A stretch of DNA of 64,000 nt, from NCBI GenBank assembly GCA_965217895.1, contig CBDCJV010000002.1, positions 320,001-384,000 of the forward strand. The letters run 5' to 3'. The DNA comes from Waterburya sp. GTDB lineage: Bacteria; Cyanobacteriota; Cyanobacteriia; Cyanobacteriales; Xenococcaceae. The translations under genes were made by a program, and so were the position numbers. Of this stretch, positions 30,689 to 41,236 are shown one piece after another (positions within the stretch are counted from its first letter, which is position 1; every line of letters starts with the position of its first letter). The notes under the pieces are model-generated. The model was not told where the DNA came from. It did not search any database and saw nothing but the letters and a program-made list of their open reading frames with translations.

Positions 30689-30722
30689 CTTTGACTTTCC
30701 TCTATATTTAACGAAAATTGAT

Positions 30723-30935
30723 ATGTCTGAATTTGATACCGCTTTGCCAGGAGTAATCCAAATCCAAAAATATGTTAAGGACAAACAGGAGGTGGAACTA
30801 AAGTTAGTCACTGATGACCTTGTGGTTGGCAAAATAATTTGGCAAGATGCTGATTGTCTTTGCGTAGTCGATCATTACAATCAGCAGACAATTATTTGGC
30901 GACAGGCTCTTGTCTTTCTCAAGCCAAAAGCGTAA
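30723..30935 (+). CDS. hfq: Cyanobacterial Hfq homologue
   Basis: MSEFDTALPGVIQIQ...ELKLVTDD...GKIIWQD Sm-fold pattern; divergent from dapF. Confidence 0.9.
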   Translation: MSEFDTALPGVIQIQKYVKDKQEVELKLVTDDLVVGKIIWQDADCLCVVDHYNQQTIIWRQALVFLKPKA

Positions 30936-30955
30936 TTTTTAATTATAAAAGAGAC

Positions 30956-31321
30956 TTAGAAGCTTTCCAAGTTGTTTATATTTTTGCTACCAGACAGACT
31001 TGCTGTTAAGACTTGGGCAATCTGTCGGCGATAAATAATTGCTCCTGCGTTAATCAATAAGCAAGTTGTTCCTAGTCCGAACAAAATAAAGGTAACGGGG
31101 GTAATTACGCCGATCGCAAACCAGGTTGAAACGTGCATAAACAACGTCACAGCAAAGATGGAAGCAAATCTCACCGATCTATTGATTGCTGATAAGGAAT
31201 GGCTTTTGACCACTAAGGTTATGGTAGTAATGGTAGCGATTAAGTTAGCTGGAACTAAAAACGAGCAAATTGCTACACAGTTGTGACGAGAAAATTCAAA
31301 TATCGGTTCTAAATTGAGCAT
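30956..31321 (-). CDS. Small membrane protein
   Basis: Three hydrophobic segments; CVAICSFLVPANL. Confidence 0.75.
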   Translation of the reverse strand: MLNLEPIFEFSRHNCVAICSFLVPANLIATITTITLVVKSHSLSAINRSVRFASIFAVTLFMHVSTWFAIGVITPVTFILFGLGTTCLLINAGAIIYRRQIAQVLTASLSGSKNINNLESF

Positions 31322-31384
31322 AGGTCGTACATGAGTTTGTTCATAGTCTAGTAGAAATTTAAAACTTTGAGATCGACAAGTAAT

Positions 31385-32854
31385 TTAACTTTTGGACTCA
31401 GTTTCTAAAATTTCTTTAGCGGTAACTCCATCTCCCTGAAATCCGAAATACCATAGCGAAGCAGCAGCTTCGGCGCGAGTTACAGGTTTTTGAGGTTGAA
31501 AAAGAGTAGTATAGCCAAAAATACGCCGTACGTTAGAGCGATCGCCATTTTGGAAATCGGCATACAAAGCCCTAATTGCCGTAGAGTCAATTTTCCCTGC
31601 ATCTTGAAACCCCCAGCTTTCTTTTATAGCCTCAATTGAGGCTTTTGGTAAAGATTGGCGCATATCTAAAGGAACTTTCCAGGCAAGCAAATCTTCTCTG
31701 GTTAAAGGTGCATCTGGTTTAAATAAGACATTATTACTATCTTCCGTTAGCCGAGAAGGTATCAGCCCAGCTTCGGCTAAACTTTGGATAGCTTCAAAAT
31801 CTGGATTATTTGGCTTCACGTCCTGAAAGGCAGGTTCATTAGTTGTACTAGCAAGATAAATCTTTTTATCCGAGCTATCTTGAAAATAGCGATTATTAGC
31901 TGTAATGAGCCAATGAGCATATTCGCCTCTAGTAATTATTTTGTTAGGAGCAAACTTGCTTAACTCAATATTGCCGTCGCCAGTATAGGGAGTCAAAATG
32001 TCTAAAGCTGCTACTGACTCTAAAGGCTGACGTAATTGTTCAGGGGCTTGATCTAAATCTTGAAAATTAACTCCAGACAAATTAAAAGATTTAGTATCAG
32101 ATGTATCACTAGGCTGGGATTGAGTTTTAGCCTTTGGCTCTTGATTGCTAGAATTTGTCTGCTGCTGTGGCTTGGCTTCAGGTTTAGTCTGGCTTAGCTT
32201 ATCCTCATAATTAATTCCTGGAGAGTTACCACGTCCGATATTTGCCTCAATGGGCTGGTAGATTACAGATATTTCCGTACCGTTGGGATTGGCTTTATTT
32301 TGCGATCGCACTAAAGTAAGATCGACTCGAAGATCATTTTTAACAGCGATCGCTTTGGCTGTTTCCAGTTGAGGATTAAGGTTAAACGGTTTAATAATCT
32401 TCCAGTCATTTGCAGCCAACTTTGCTTCATAATAATCAGCGATCGCTTTTGAGCGATCTGGACTATCCCAAGTTAATCTTCCTGATGTTTCATTCTCTCT
32501 GTTGGCTTCTTTTAGTTGAGCTTGAGGATATAAAGGAAATGATTTAGGGAAGTTTGACGGTAATCCCGATGACTGAGATTTTGTTGATTCTCCCTGAGAC
32601 TCCGAAACCTTAGCTTTGTTGTCGGCTGGTTGGTTTTGAGTATTGTCTGACAATAGAGCATCGTTAGCAGTAGATGGTTTCCCCTGATTAGCTCCTGCTT
32701 GCTGAGATACCTGTTTTCCATTATTGTTAAGCAATTCTGGATCGGCACCAACGAAACTTTCAAGAGCGTTACTATTACCACAGCTAGTCAGTAAAGCTAA
32801 TAGACTAGTAAATATAATATTTTTAATGACTTGTTTATTTTGTTTCAATAACAT
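31385..32854 (-). CDS. Lipoprotein with S-layer homology domains
   Basis: Lipobox LTSC; FAPNKIITRGE, FKPDAPLTRED, FQPQKPVTRAE. Confidence 0.9.
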   Translation of the reverse strand: MLLKQNKQVIKNIIFTSLLALLTSCGNSNALESFVGADPELLNNNGKQVSQQAGANQGKPSTANDALLSDNTQNQPADNKAKVSESQGESTKSQSSGLPSNFPKSFPLYPQAQLKEANRENETSGRLTWDSPDRSKAIADYYEAKLAANDWKIIKPFNLNPQLETAKAIAVKNDLRVDLTLVRSQNKANPNGTEISVIYQPIEANIGRGNSPGINYEDKLSQTKPEAKPQQQTNSSNQEPKAKTQSQPSDTSDTKSFNLSGVNFQDLDQAPEQLRQPLESVAALDILTPYTGDGNIELSKFAPNKIITRGEYAHWLITANNRYFQDSSDKKIYLASTTNEPAFQDVKPNNPDFEAIQSLAEAGLIPSRLTEDSNNVLFKPDAPLTREDLLAWKVPLDMRQSLPKASIEAIKESWGFQDAGKIDSTAIRALYADFQNGDRSNVRRIFGYTTLFQPQKPVTRAEAAASLWYFGFQGDGVTAKEILETESKS

Positions 32855-33051
32855 GGCAAGTTGCCAAAATTTATAATCATAATTCAATTCTAGTACTTAG
32901 AGAACCTCTGTTCGGGTTAAATTGTGTTGCCCTCAATCCCGCATCTCTTTTTTAGAAAATAAAACAGCCCTTAGCCTTTTTAATTCAATTTTAAAATCTG
33001 AAAAACTCATACCTAAATTTACTAACGCCCTAATTCATCTCAAAAGCATTA

Positions 33052-34110
33052 TCATGATTCTGAAGACTCAACTGAAGCAGATTCTGACAAACTCGGCTTA
33101 GCAGTAAATTCAGCAAACAGAGTCGTAATTACTACCGCAGCAGGAATGGCAAAGATCAGGCCAATAATCCCTAGCAGTTCGCTCATGACTAAAACGGCAA
33201 TAATAACGGTAATTGGATGTAAGTTAACCTGTTGCCCAACCACAATAGGTTGAAAAATATGCGTGTCGATCTGGTTGAGAAGTAAAAATAGAACCAGCAC
33301 TAATACAAGCTTTATTGGTGAGATGGTCAAGGCTACCAAGGCGGGTAAAAAACCGCCGACAAAACTGCCAATAATCGGAATAACTTCAAATAAAGCGGCA
33401 ATAAGGGCAAAAGGAAAAGACAATGGAATCCCCAGCAGCCAAAGTCCGATGCCTACTCCCACACCCAGAAACAGCATTGCTAGAAAAGTACCGCTCATCC
33501 AGCCTTGAAGTCGCAATCTCGTAGTTTTGAGAATATGTCTCAGTTGTTGATGATGGCGACGAGGAATCAAGCGTAATAAGCCTTCCGTAAAGAAGCCAGA
33601 GTCATAAGTAATATAAAGAGCCAAAATAACGATCGCAAAGGCTTCTACAGTCACCCCAAAAGCTTTTTCTAATAAAACAGGAAAGGATTTTAAAAGACCA
33701 TAGAGAAAATTATTTAGTTTGGTAATCTCTTGGGAGATATCAGGAATAAAACTATATCTAGCATGGAGATTTTGAGACTCTTTGGTCAAACTGCTTAAGT
33801 ATTCTGGTAGCTTAGAGCTAAATTTTTGAAACTCATTTAAAATATCGGGCAGGATAACAATAGGCAAGAGTATAGTTAAGCCTAGAATAGCAATGACTAA
33901 AACCAAGACTGCTAACCAACGTAGCTTAATTAGTTTTTCTAGCTGATACAACAGGGTTTGCAAAATCAGCGAAAGTAAAATGGCGATCGCAATCAACTCT
34001 AAAACCGATCGCAGTTGATACAAAATCAAAAGAGACAGCACTAGTAAGACTGCCAACGGCGCACCTTGAGTTAGCTTATCTACCAGTGAAGGTGGTCTTT
34101 TTTGATTCAT
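33052..34110 (-). CDS. AI-2E family transporter
   Basis: Multi-TM; IPIIG, QP...VNLHP motifs. Confidence 0.9.
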   Translation of the reverse strand: MNQKRPPSLVDKLTQGAPLAVLLVLSLLILYQLRSVLELIAIAILLSLILQTLLYQLEKLIKLRWLAVLVLVIAILGLTILLPIVILPDILNEFQKFSSKLPEYLSSLTKESQNLHARYSFIPDISQEITKLNNFLYGLLKSFPVLLEKAFGVTVEAFAIVILALYITYDSGFFTEGLLRLIPRRHHQQLRHILKTTRLRLQGWMSGTFLAMLFLGVGVGIGLWLLGIPLSFPFALIAALFEVIPIIGSFVGGFLPALVALTISPIKLVLVLVLFLLLNQIDTHIFQPIVVGQQVNLHPITVIIAVLVMSELLGIIGLIFAIPAAVVITTLFAEFTAKPSLSESASVESSES

Positions 34111-34501
34111 GAACCTATTTTTAGCTGTAGATATCCGTTGATAATAACAAAGATCGGACAATCGCTTGTAAATCGTTTCATTGTTTTGCTATTCCACTGA
34201 CACATCAACGACACATCAACTTTTTATTGTATTTAAATCCGAAACAAAATAATTTGAACGTCGAGATAGACAGCATCAGTAAATTTTTTTAACTAAAACA
34301 AATTTATAAATCGGCATAGTTTTTAAATTTTATAAATTCAATCTTCATTTAAACCAATCAATCATGTGAGTCACAAACTATGTTATTACCTTTCTTTTTC
34401 TTAATCTTTTTACCTTTACCTATTTTGTTGGCTTTATTAATCATCACGTTTTTGTTTCCCGATAGTGACCAAGATTTACGCTAAATTTGCCTATTTTTAT
34501 T

Positions 34502-35149
34502 TTATTTTGGCTTGTTTTGAGAATCTATACTATATAAAAATTGCTTTGTTCTCAATATAGTTCCTAGAGTAACTTGTTTGGTTAACCAATAGAGAATAGT
34601 CAAAATGATAAAGGTAATCGCTATGACTAACAAAGGTTTTTTGGTAGTCAAATCATCTACTGTTGAAGCCAGCAAAATGTTTGGTTTAGTTACTAAATCC
34701 CAGCTATTAAAACGACGAAACCTACCCATAAAAATGCCAACTGCACTTAGAGCATGAGTCATTAATTCGCTGCTGAAAATAAATTTACCAGCACCCTGTT
34801 TCTTAAGATAAAAACCTTGATTAATCAGAGAAACTACATAAGCTTCCCAACCGAGGGCGATCGCCAAAAAGTGTAAAGGAATAAAAATCAAAGTGGTAAT
34901 CCAAATAGAATAGCCTGCTCGGATGGCGGCAATTAAATGGATAATATCAGTTAACAAATAGGAGGCATTGGGTAAGAAAGAAATATAGGCAACAAAACCA
35001 ATCCACCAAGGTAGAGATCGCTTTTTAGTACGCCTAAGAAACAACCAGAAGCTGAGAAATAAAGGAATAAAGGCCAAAAATAAATTCCAGATTATCCAAC
35101 CACTATATTCATTAAATGCTTCCAAAGCATCAGTTAGTATTGATTCCAT
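34502..35149 (-). CDS. DUF1361 membrane protein
   Basis: WNLFLAFIP, FLPNASYLLTDIIH, GRFRRFNSWD. Confidence 0.9.
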   Translation of the reverse strand: MESILTDALEAFNEYSGWIIWNLFLAFIPLFLSFWLFLRRTKKRSLPWWIGFVAYISFLPNASYLLTDIIHLIAAIRAGYSIWITTLIFIPLHFLAIALGWEAYVVSLINQGFYLKKQGAGKFIFSSELMTHALSAVGIFMGRFRRFNSWDLVTKPNILLASTVDDLTTKKPLLVIAITFIILTILYWLTKQVTLGTILRTKQFLYSIDSQNKPK

Positions 35150-35333
35150 TATCTAGAGTATTTGAGCAAACGTTACCGTATTTTTCTATACAAACAAATT
35201 AATACCTAAAATTTAGCATAGTAGTATGGCGCGAATGTGTCGGCGGTGTAATCCCTTGACAAAACAATTATTTTGATACAATAATCCTGCTTGTCATAAG
35301 TATTCGATCATAAAGCAAGAAGAGCGATCGCCA

Positions 35334-36050
35334 ATGACTCATAAAGTATTAATTGTCGAAGATGAGGCAGAAATTGCTCGTTTAATTACTATCAATCTAG
35401 AAAAAGAGGGATTTGATTGCTCCCACTGTCGCGATGGTATAGCAGCTTTAGAAGCATTTAAAGAGCAGCAGCCAGACGTAATTGTTTTGGATTTGATGAT
35501 GCCTGGCTTGAATGGATTGGAAGTATGTACCCGTATTCGTCGCCAAACCGTCGGCAAAGATCCTTTTATCCTTATGTTAACGGCAAAGGGAGAAGAAATA
35601 GATCGAGTAATAGGCTTATCTACAGGGGCGGACGATTATCTAGTTAAACCCTTTAGTGCGCCAGAGTTAATCGCCAGGATTCGTGCCTTACTCAGACGCA
35701 GCCTCCGAAAAATCGATACAGACGATCTACAGCACTGTACCCAACATTTTATAGTCAATGAAACTCAACGCACCGCTTTTAAAATTGATACCGGTCAAGA
35801 GCAACAGCTAAATTTAACCACAATTGAATTTGATTTACTCAATACTTTTGCCAGTCAACCTAACCGCGTTTGGAATCGCACTCAGCTAATCGATCGCTTG
35901 TGGGGAGATGACTTTTATGGAGATGAGCGTGTAGTAGATACTCATGTAGCACGATTGCGGAAGAAAATTGAACCTGATACGGCTCATCCTCAATATATTA
36001 AAACAGTATTGGGCGTAGGGTATAAATTTGAAGATGAGAAAACGCAATAA
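35334..36050 (+). CDS. OmpR-family response regulator
   Basis: VEDE, LDLMMP, KPF, VVDTHVARLRKK. Confidence 0.95.
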   Translation: MTHKVLIVEDEAEIARLITINLEKEGFDCSHCRDGIAALEAFKEQQPDVIVLDLMMPGLNGLEVCTRIRRQTVGKDPFILMLTAKGEEIDRVIGLSTGADDYLVKPFSAPELIARIRALLRRSLRKIDTDDLQHCTQHFIVNETQRTAFKIDTGQEQQLNLTTIEFDLLNTFASQPNRVWNRTQLIDRLWGDDFYGDERVVDTHVARLRKKIEPDTAHPQYIKTVLGVGYKFEDEKTQ

Positions 36051-36055
36051 ACATT

Positions 36056-37189
36056 TTGTCTGAAAATAAAAACGAATTTAAAATAGTTAATTCTCTGAGG
36101 CGCAAGTCCCTGTCTTTGGCAACGCGCTTGTTTTTTTCTCACCTAATGGTAATGATTGTTGCCGTAAGTTTCCTGGTAATTGTGGGCAAAACTGCCTCAC
36201 CAATTTTGTTTGCACAACACATAGAAAAAATTGAGAATGAGGGATTTGATTTTAAAGATTCTCGTGCTGATGTGATTGAAGGCTTTGACAGTGCTTGGCA
36301 CAGTAGCACTCTATGGTCAGTAATCATCGGTACGACAACGGCAGGAGTGTTAAGTATTTGGGTTACTCGTCGAATCACCAGACCGATGCTGAGAATTGAA
36401 CGAGTAACGCAGCAGTTTGCTAGGGGTAAGCTAAGTGAAAGATTGCCTCCTAGCGATATACCAGAGTTAAATCGACTCAGTGCTAGCTTTAACAATATGG
36501 CTAGCAGCATTGAGGGAATAGAACAACGTCGTCGAGAATTAGTCAGCGATCTCACTCACGAATTGCGAACTCCACTAACTATAATTTACGGCTATTTAGA
36601 AGGAATTACCGCTAATACTATAGAAGCCACTCCAGAGGTTTACGAGCGACTAATGAAGGAAACTAAACGGTTGCAGCGATTGGTTAATGATTTACAGGAA
36701 CTATCTAAAGCCGAGGCAGGATATTTATCTATTCATTTAGCACCTGTTAAGCTGTATCCTTTGCTATCTGCCTTAGTGAAAAAGTTTGAGGCTCAGTTAT
36801 TGGCTGAATTGAGAATTGATTTACAATATCCAACTGATTTACCCTTAGTTTTAGCCGATTTAGATCGTTTGCAACAGATTTTAATCAATTTACTAGGTAA
36901 TGCCGTATCCTATACAGAAAAAGGCATAATTACGCTACGGGTGTGGCAAGAGTCAAACAGAGTATGGCTAGCTGTAAGTGATACAGGGCAAGGAATTGCC
37001 CCTGAAGATTTGCCTCATGTATTTGAGCGTTTTTGGCGTTCTGGTCTAGCAAGCGATCGCCATAGCCGAGGTAGCGGTATTGGTTTGGCTATTTCTCGTC
37101 GTTTAGTAGAACTACAGGGTGGTCAAATAGAAGTTGAGAGCCAACTAGGTCAAGGAAGTACTTTTCGATTTTCTCTTGCCGTTGCTTAA
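36056..37189 (+). CDS. HAMP-domain sensor histidine kinase
   Basis: Two TMs, HELRTP, NAVSY, DTGQG, GSGIGL. Confidence 0.95.
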   Translation: MSENKNEFKIVNSLRRKSLSLATRLFFSHLMVMIVAVSFLVIVGKTASPILFAQHIEKIENEGFDFKDSRADVIEGFDSAWHSSTLWSVIIGTTTAGVLSIWVTRRITRPMLRIERVTQQFARGKLSERLPPSDIPELNRLSASFNNMASSIEGIEQRRRELVSDLTHELRTPLTIIYGYLEGITANTIEATPEVYERLMKETKRLQRLVNDLQELSKAEAGYLSIHLAPVKLYPLLSALVKKFEAQLLAELRIDLQYPTDLPLVLADLDRLQQILINLLGNAVSYTEKGIITLRVWQESNRVWLAVSDTGQGIAPEDLPHVFERFWRSGLASDRHSRGSGIGLAISRRLVELQGGQIEVESQLGQGSTFRFSLAVA

Positions 37190-37426
37190 TTAATAATTTG
37201 CGCTGCATCGCGATCGAATGGTAAAGGCTGACTGGGGGACTTAGAGACCAAGAGACGCGGTGATATTATTTGTCTTGGATATTTGCTAAATTGATCTAAC
37301 AGAGCAGATCTAGATAATGCGATCGCTTTAAACTTACTTTTAAATTAGTTTTGGCAGGGAATAGGGTGTAGTGTAAAGATTAGTTTTTTAGGTTTTATAA
37401 ATTGTTCTGCCTATCTACTTATATTC

Positions 37427-39082
37427 ATGTTGTTCTCACTAGCTCGCCTCAAATTTTGGCTGATGACCGCATTGGCTGTGGGATTAATCTGTATTGCTTT
37501 GCCAACAATAGCTCAAACCTCTAGTTCTCCGACTAATACGCCATCAACACCAAACTCAAGAGAAGCCAATTTATTTTCTTCCCTATCTAGCTTATCTAAC
37601 TCTACGGTAACGCCAACTACGGAGTGGATTTGGTTAGATGGTCGTAAAGCATTTCAAGTCACTGCTTTAGATAGCAACCTGCCAGAAAGAGTCCGAATAA
37701 TCAAGCGTAATCTAAAACAAATTAGTAATGCTTATTTTCAAAGTAGAAGTGACAATCTACAGGCAACAGTAACAAATATTGACGGTTTACCAACCATTAA
37801 TATAAATGGTCGATATCTTTTAACTGTAACTGACCTAGATGCCAAGCTGCGGGGCGTAAACACCTTTACCTGGGCAGATCAACTCAGTCAAATTTTACAA
37901 CAGGCTTTGAGACAAGCCAAACAAGAGCGACAACCAAAATATTTGATTCGTCAAGGGAAGATCGCTGCTGGAATTTTTGGACTTGTGGCGATCGCTAATT
38001 GGATATTATTAAAATTACGTCGGCGCATTCAGTTAAGTAGAACCAAGACTCAAACTGCTGTCGGCGTTGGAGATATCGCCTCCAAGCGACTGATTAAAAG
38101 CAACTTACAGGCTATTGAGAATAGATTATTACTAGACGTTCAAATTTTGCTTTGGCTAGGCGGAATATTAGCATCTTTATACTTGTTTCCCTACACTAGA
38201 ACTTTACAGGTATGGCTGCTTAATGGCTTAGGAATTCCTTTTAAAATTGGACTGATTGTATTAGGAATTTACACGGCTATTCGCTTGAGTCATGTTTTTA
38301 TCGATCGCTTTGTCTCTTCAATCAACACTAATCCTTTTATTTCGCCGATCGTAACTGAGCGATCGCAACTGAGGGTTTCTACTATTTTCAGTGCAGTTAA
38401 GTGGATCGCCATTATTTGCTGGTTGGTAGTTGGGGCGATTGTTGGTTTAATTATTTTTGGTATTGATATTGCTCCTCTGATAGCTGGAGCAGGGCTGTTG
38501 GGAGTAGCACTTTCTCTGGCTTCTCAAAATTTGATTAAAGACACTATCAACGGATTTTTAATCGTTCTTGAAGACCAATATGGCATCGGCGACATTATCG
38601 ATACTGGAACTTGGTCGGGTACTGTAGAAGAGCTTAACTTACGAATTACCCAACTACGAAACTCAGAAGGGAAATTAATTACGATTCCTAATAGTCAAAT
38701 GGGAGCAGTGGCTAACCTAACTAAAAGTTGGTCGCGGGTCGATCTTAACGTTCCCGTTGCCTATGACACCGATACTTTGGCAGCGATCAAGATTATTGAA
38801 GCAACTGCTATTGAAATGAGTCGAGATCCTCAATGGCAGTGGCAAATAGTCGAGACACCTCAAGTGATGGGTATTGACGACTTTAGCGATCGCGGATTGA
38901 TGGTGAAAATATGGATTAAAACCCGACCTCTCAAACAGTTTGATATAGCCAGAGAATATCGACTGCGCCTAAAATTAGCTTTTGATAAGGCAGGAATATT
39001 AATTCCCGTACCGCAGCAAAATATTTCACTTCATCCTAACTCAGTCTCCAACTCTAGTTTTTTCCAGGCTGACCATTCTTAA
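37427..39082 (+). CDS. MscS-family mechanosensitive channel with large N-terminal domain
   Basis: QNLIKD, YGIGD, GTVE, IPNS motifs. Confidence 0.92.
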   Translation: MLFSLARLKFWLMTALAVGLICIALPTIAQTSSSPTNTPSTPNSREANLFSSLSSLSNSTVTPTTEWIWLDGRKAFQVTALDSNLPERVRIIKRNLKQISNAYFQSRSDNLQATVTNIDGLPTININGRYLLTVTDLDAKLRGVNTFTWADQLSQILQQALRQAKQERQPKYLIRQGKIAAGIFGLVAIANWILLKLRRRIQLSRTKTQTAVGVGDIASKRLIKSNLQAIENRLLLDVQILLWLGGILASLYLFPYTRTLQVWLLNGLGIPFKIGLIVLGIYTAIRLSHVFIDRFVSSINTNPFISPIVTERSQLRVSTIFSAVKWIAIICWLVVGAIVGLIIFGIDIAPLIAGAGLLGVALSLASQNLIKDTINGFLIVLEDQYGIGDIIDTGTWSGTVEELNLRITQLRNSEGKLITIPNSQMGAVANLTKSWSRVDLNVPVAYDTDTLAAIKIIEATAIEMSRDPQWQWQIVETPQVMGIDDFSDRGLMVKIWIKTRPLKQFDIAREYRLRLKLAFDKAGILIPVPQQNISLHPNSVSNSSFFQADHS

Positions 39083-39125
39083 CTGACGTTACACACTAAT
39101 TAATCTATGAAAAGTAGGTAGTAGA

Positions 39126-41147
39126 ATGAAATCTAAGTATTTTTTGCTATTCGGACTAATTTTAGGCGCGTTGTTGCCTCGCTCTATTCAGGCTCAACCT
39201 TCTAAAACTCCAGAGCAAACCGTAGAATGCGAAATATTAATTGTAGGTGGGGGTTTAGCAGGAACTGCTGCTGCTTACGAGAGTTTACTAGCAGGAAAAA
39301 CCGTTTGTATGACCGACATTACTGACTGGTTTGGGGGGCAAATTTCGGCTCAAGGAACTTCAGCACTAGATGAAAGAGCAACTCAGCGATCGCTTTTATT
39401 TTATCCCCGTGGTTATCTAGAACTACGGCAGCGCATCCAAGATTTTTATGGCAAGCTCAACCCTGGCAATTGTTGGGTCAGTGAATCTTGTTTTATACCC
39501 CGCGATGCTTATACTATACTTCAAGAGCAATTACAGGCTGCTGCCAAAAAAGGCAACGGCACTCTGAAGTGGTTTCCCGCCACGGTTATCAAAAAGTTAG
39601 ATATAGAACCCGTCGGACAATCAAAGAGCAAGCAGATCGAGAATGCGATCGCGATTCAACGCCGTCCCGCTCTCGGCGCACCTCCTCTCAATACCTTACC
39701 CCTATCCAGTGTTATCGAAGATGCTTATCGCTATGACGATTCGCCTCACTTTAACAAACAGATTATTCGCTTCATCCCCAAAAAATCCGCCCGTAAGCAA
39801 CCAGCAGACTGGTATGTGATCGAAGCCACAGAGACGGGAGAAATTGTCGCCTTAGCTGATGTTCCCTATCGCTTGGGAATTGACCCTCGTTCTTATCTCA
39901 ATCCTTCTTCATCGAGCGTTAAGGGCGATCCTTACTGCACCCAAGGTTTTACCGATACTTTTGCTATGGAAAAGACGGAAAAACGCCAATACAATTTTAT
40001 GCCTTTGTTTTATCCGCAATACGAACCCTACTATAGTTATGAACTAGAACGCCTTGCTGATTTTAATTTGATTTTTACCTATCGACGCATCTGGAGTGAG
40101 CAAACAGGAGAAGCAAAAACTTTTGGCGGTATTACCTTTACCGCCCCTACGGATGGAGATATTTCGATGCAAAACTGGACTTGGGGTAATGATTATCGTC
40201 CTGGTACAGCTAAAGACAATTTAATTTACACTCGCCAGCAGCTTAAAGCTAGAAAGGAATTAAGCCCTAACGGTTGGCAGGGAGGACTGCGTACCGAAAC
40301 TTTATACCACGCTGAAGAAAATGCCCTCGGCTTCTTCTATTGGCTGATTAAAGGAGCGACCGATTCTCAATTAGGTTCGGGAGTTAAAAAAGCTCATCCC
40401 AATAACCGCTATCTTGCTGGACTCGATTCGCCCATGGGGACAATTCATGGGTTGTCTAAATATCCCTATATCCGCGAAAGCAGAAGAATTGTTGGGCGAG
40501 CTACTCCTGGTTACTCAAAGGGTTTTAGCATTTGGGAAATCGACATTTCCCGCATTGATTATCAAGACAAATATTATCGTCAAACCTTATCTCCAGATAC
40601 CTATCGTCGTTTACAAGCGGCCTTAGCAGGTGTCAAAGGACTGGCGGTGCTAGAGGGAAAAATCTCTCCCAATGCCGTAAAACCCCGTCAGCGTGCGACT
40701 ATTTATCCTGATTCGGTGGGGATTGGTTTTTATGCGATCGATTTTCATCCCTGCATGAAAGAACACCCCCCAGAAAAACCAGGAAACAGAGAAAGAACAG
40801 GAGAACGTCAGGCAGCAGGATTGGCTTATCCTTTTGAAATTCCCTTACGAGCAATGATTCCCCAAAAAATTGATAATTTGCTAGTGACGGGTAAAAACAT
40901 GGCAATGAGTCACATTGCCTCGGCTGCTTATCGAGTTCAGTCAGTAGAATGGTCGGCAGGAGCAGCAGCAGGAACAACGGCTGCTTTTGCTTTAGATGAA
41001 AAAATTTTGCCCTATAAATTGGTAGAGGGATATTTTTTAAAAGACCAGAAGTTGCATGACTTGAGAGACAAATTAGAGCGCGACGGCAATCCGACTCAGT
41101 TTCCCAATACTTCAATTTTTAATCAATCTTGGGATAGTTGGAAATAA
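39126..41147 (+). CDS. Exported FAD-dependent oxidoreductase
   Basis: Signal peptide; VGGGLAG, PYIRESRR, IPLRAMIP, NLLVTGK. Confidence 0.88.
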   Translation: MKSKYFLLFGLILGALLPRSIQAQPSKTPEQTVECEILIVGGGLAGTAAAYESLLAGKTVCMTDITDWFGGQISAQGTSALDERATQRSLLFYPRGYLELRQRIQDFYGKLNPGNCWVSESCFIPRDAYTILQEQLQAAAKKGNGTLKWFPATVIKKLDIEPVGQSKSKQIENAIAIQRRPALGAPPLNTLPLSSVIEDAYRYDDSPHFNKQIIRFIPKKSARKQPADWYVIEATETGEIVALADVPYRLGIDPRSYLNPSSSSVKGDPYCTQGFTDTFAMEKTEKRQYNFMPLFYPQYEPYYSYELERLADFNLIFTYRRIWSEQTGEAKTFGGITFTAPTDGDISMQNWTWGNDYRPGTAKDNLIYTRQQLKARKELSPNGWQGGLRTETLYHAEENALGFFYWLIKGATDSQLGSGVKKAHPNNRYLAGLDSPMGTIHGLSKYPYIRESRRIVGRATPGYSKGFSIWEIDISRIDYQDKYYRQTLSPDTYRRLQAALAGVKGLAVLEGKISPNAVKPRQRATIYPDSVGIGFYAIDFHPCMKEHPPEKPGNRERTGERQAAGLAYPFEIPLRAMIPQKIDNLLVTGKNMAMSHIASAAYRVQSVEWSAGAAAGTTAAFALDEKILPYKLVEGYFLKDQKLHDLRDKLERDGNPTQFPNTSIFNQSWDSWK

Positions 41148-41236
41148 ACGGAAACTTTTAAAAGTAAGATTAAGCCTTTTGAACTTGGTAATTTATTTCG
41201 GGTAGTTTACGTACCCCAGATTCAATTAAGATAAAC

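Noticed and set aside
30689..30832. 48-aa N-terminal extension of DapF
   Set aside because: Overlaps hfq antisense; the family-like start is MVIEF at 30688.
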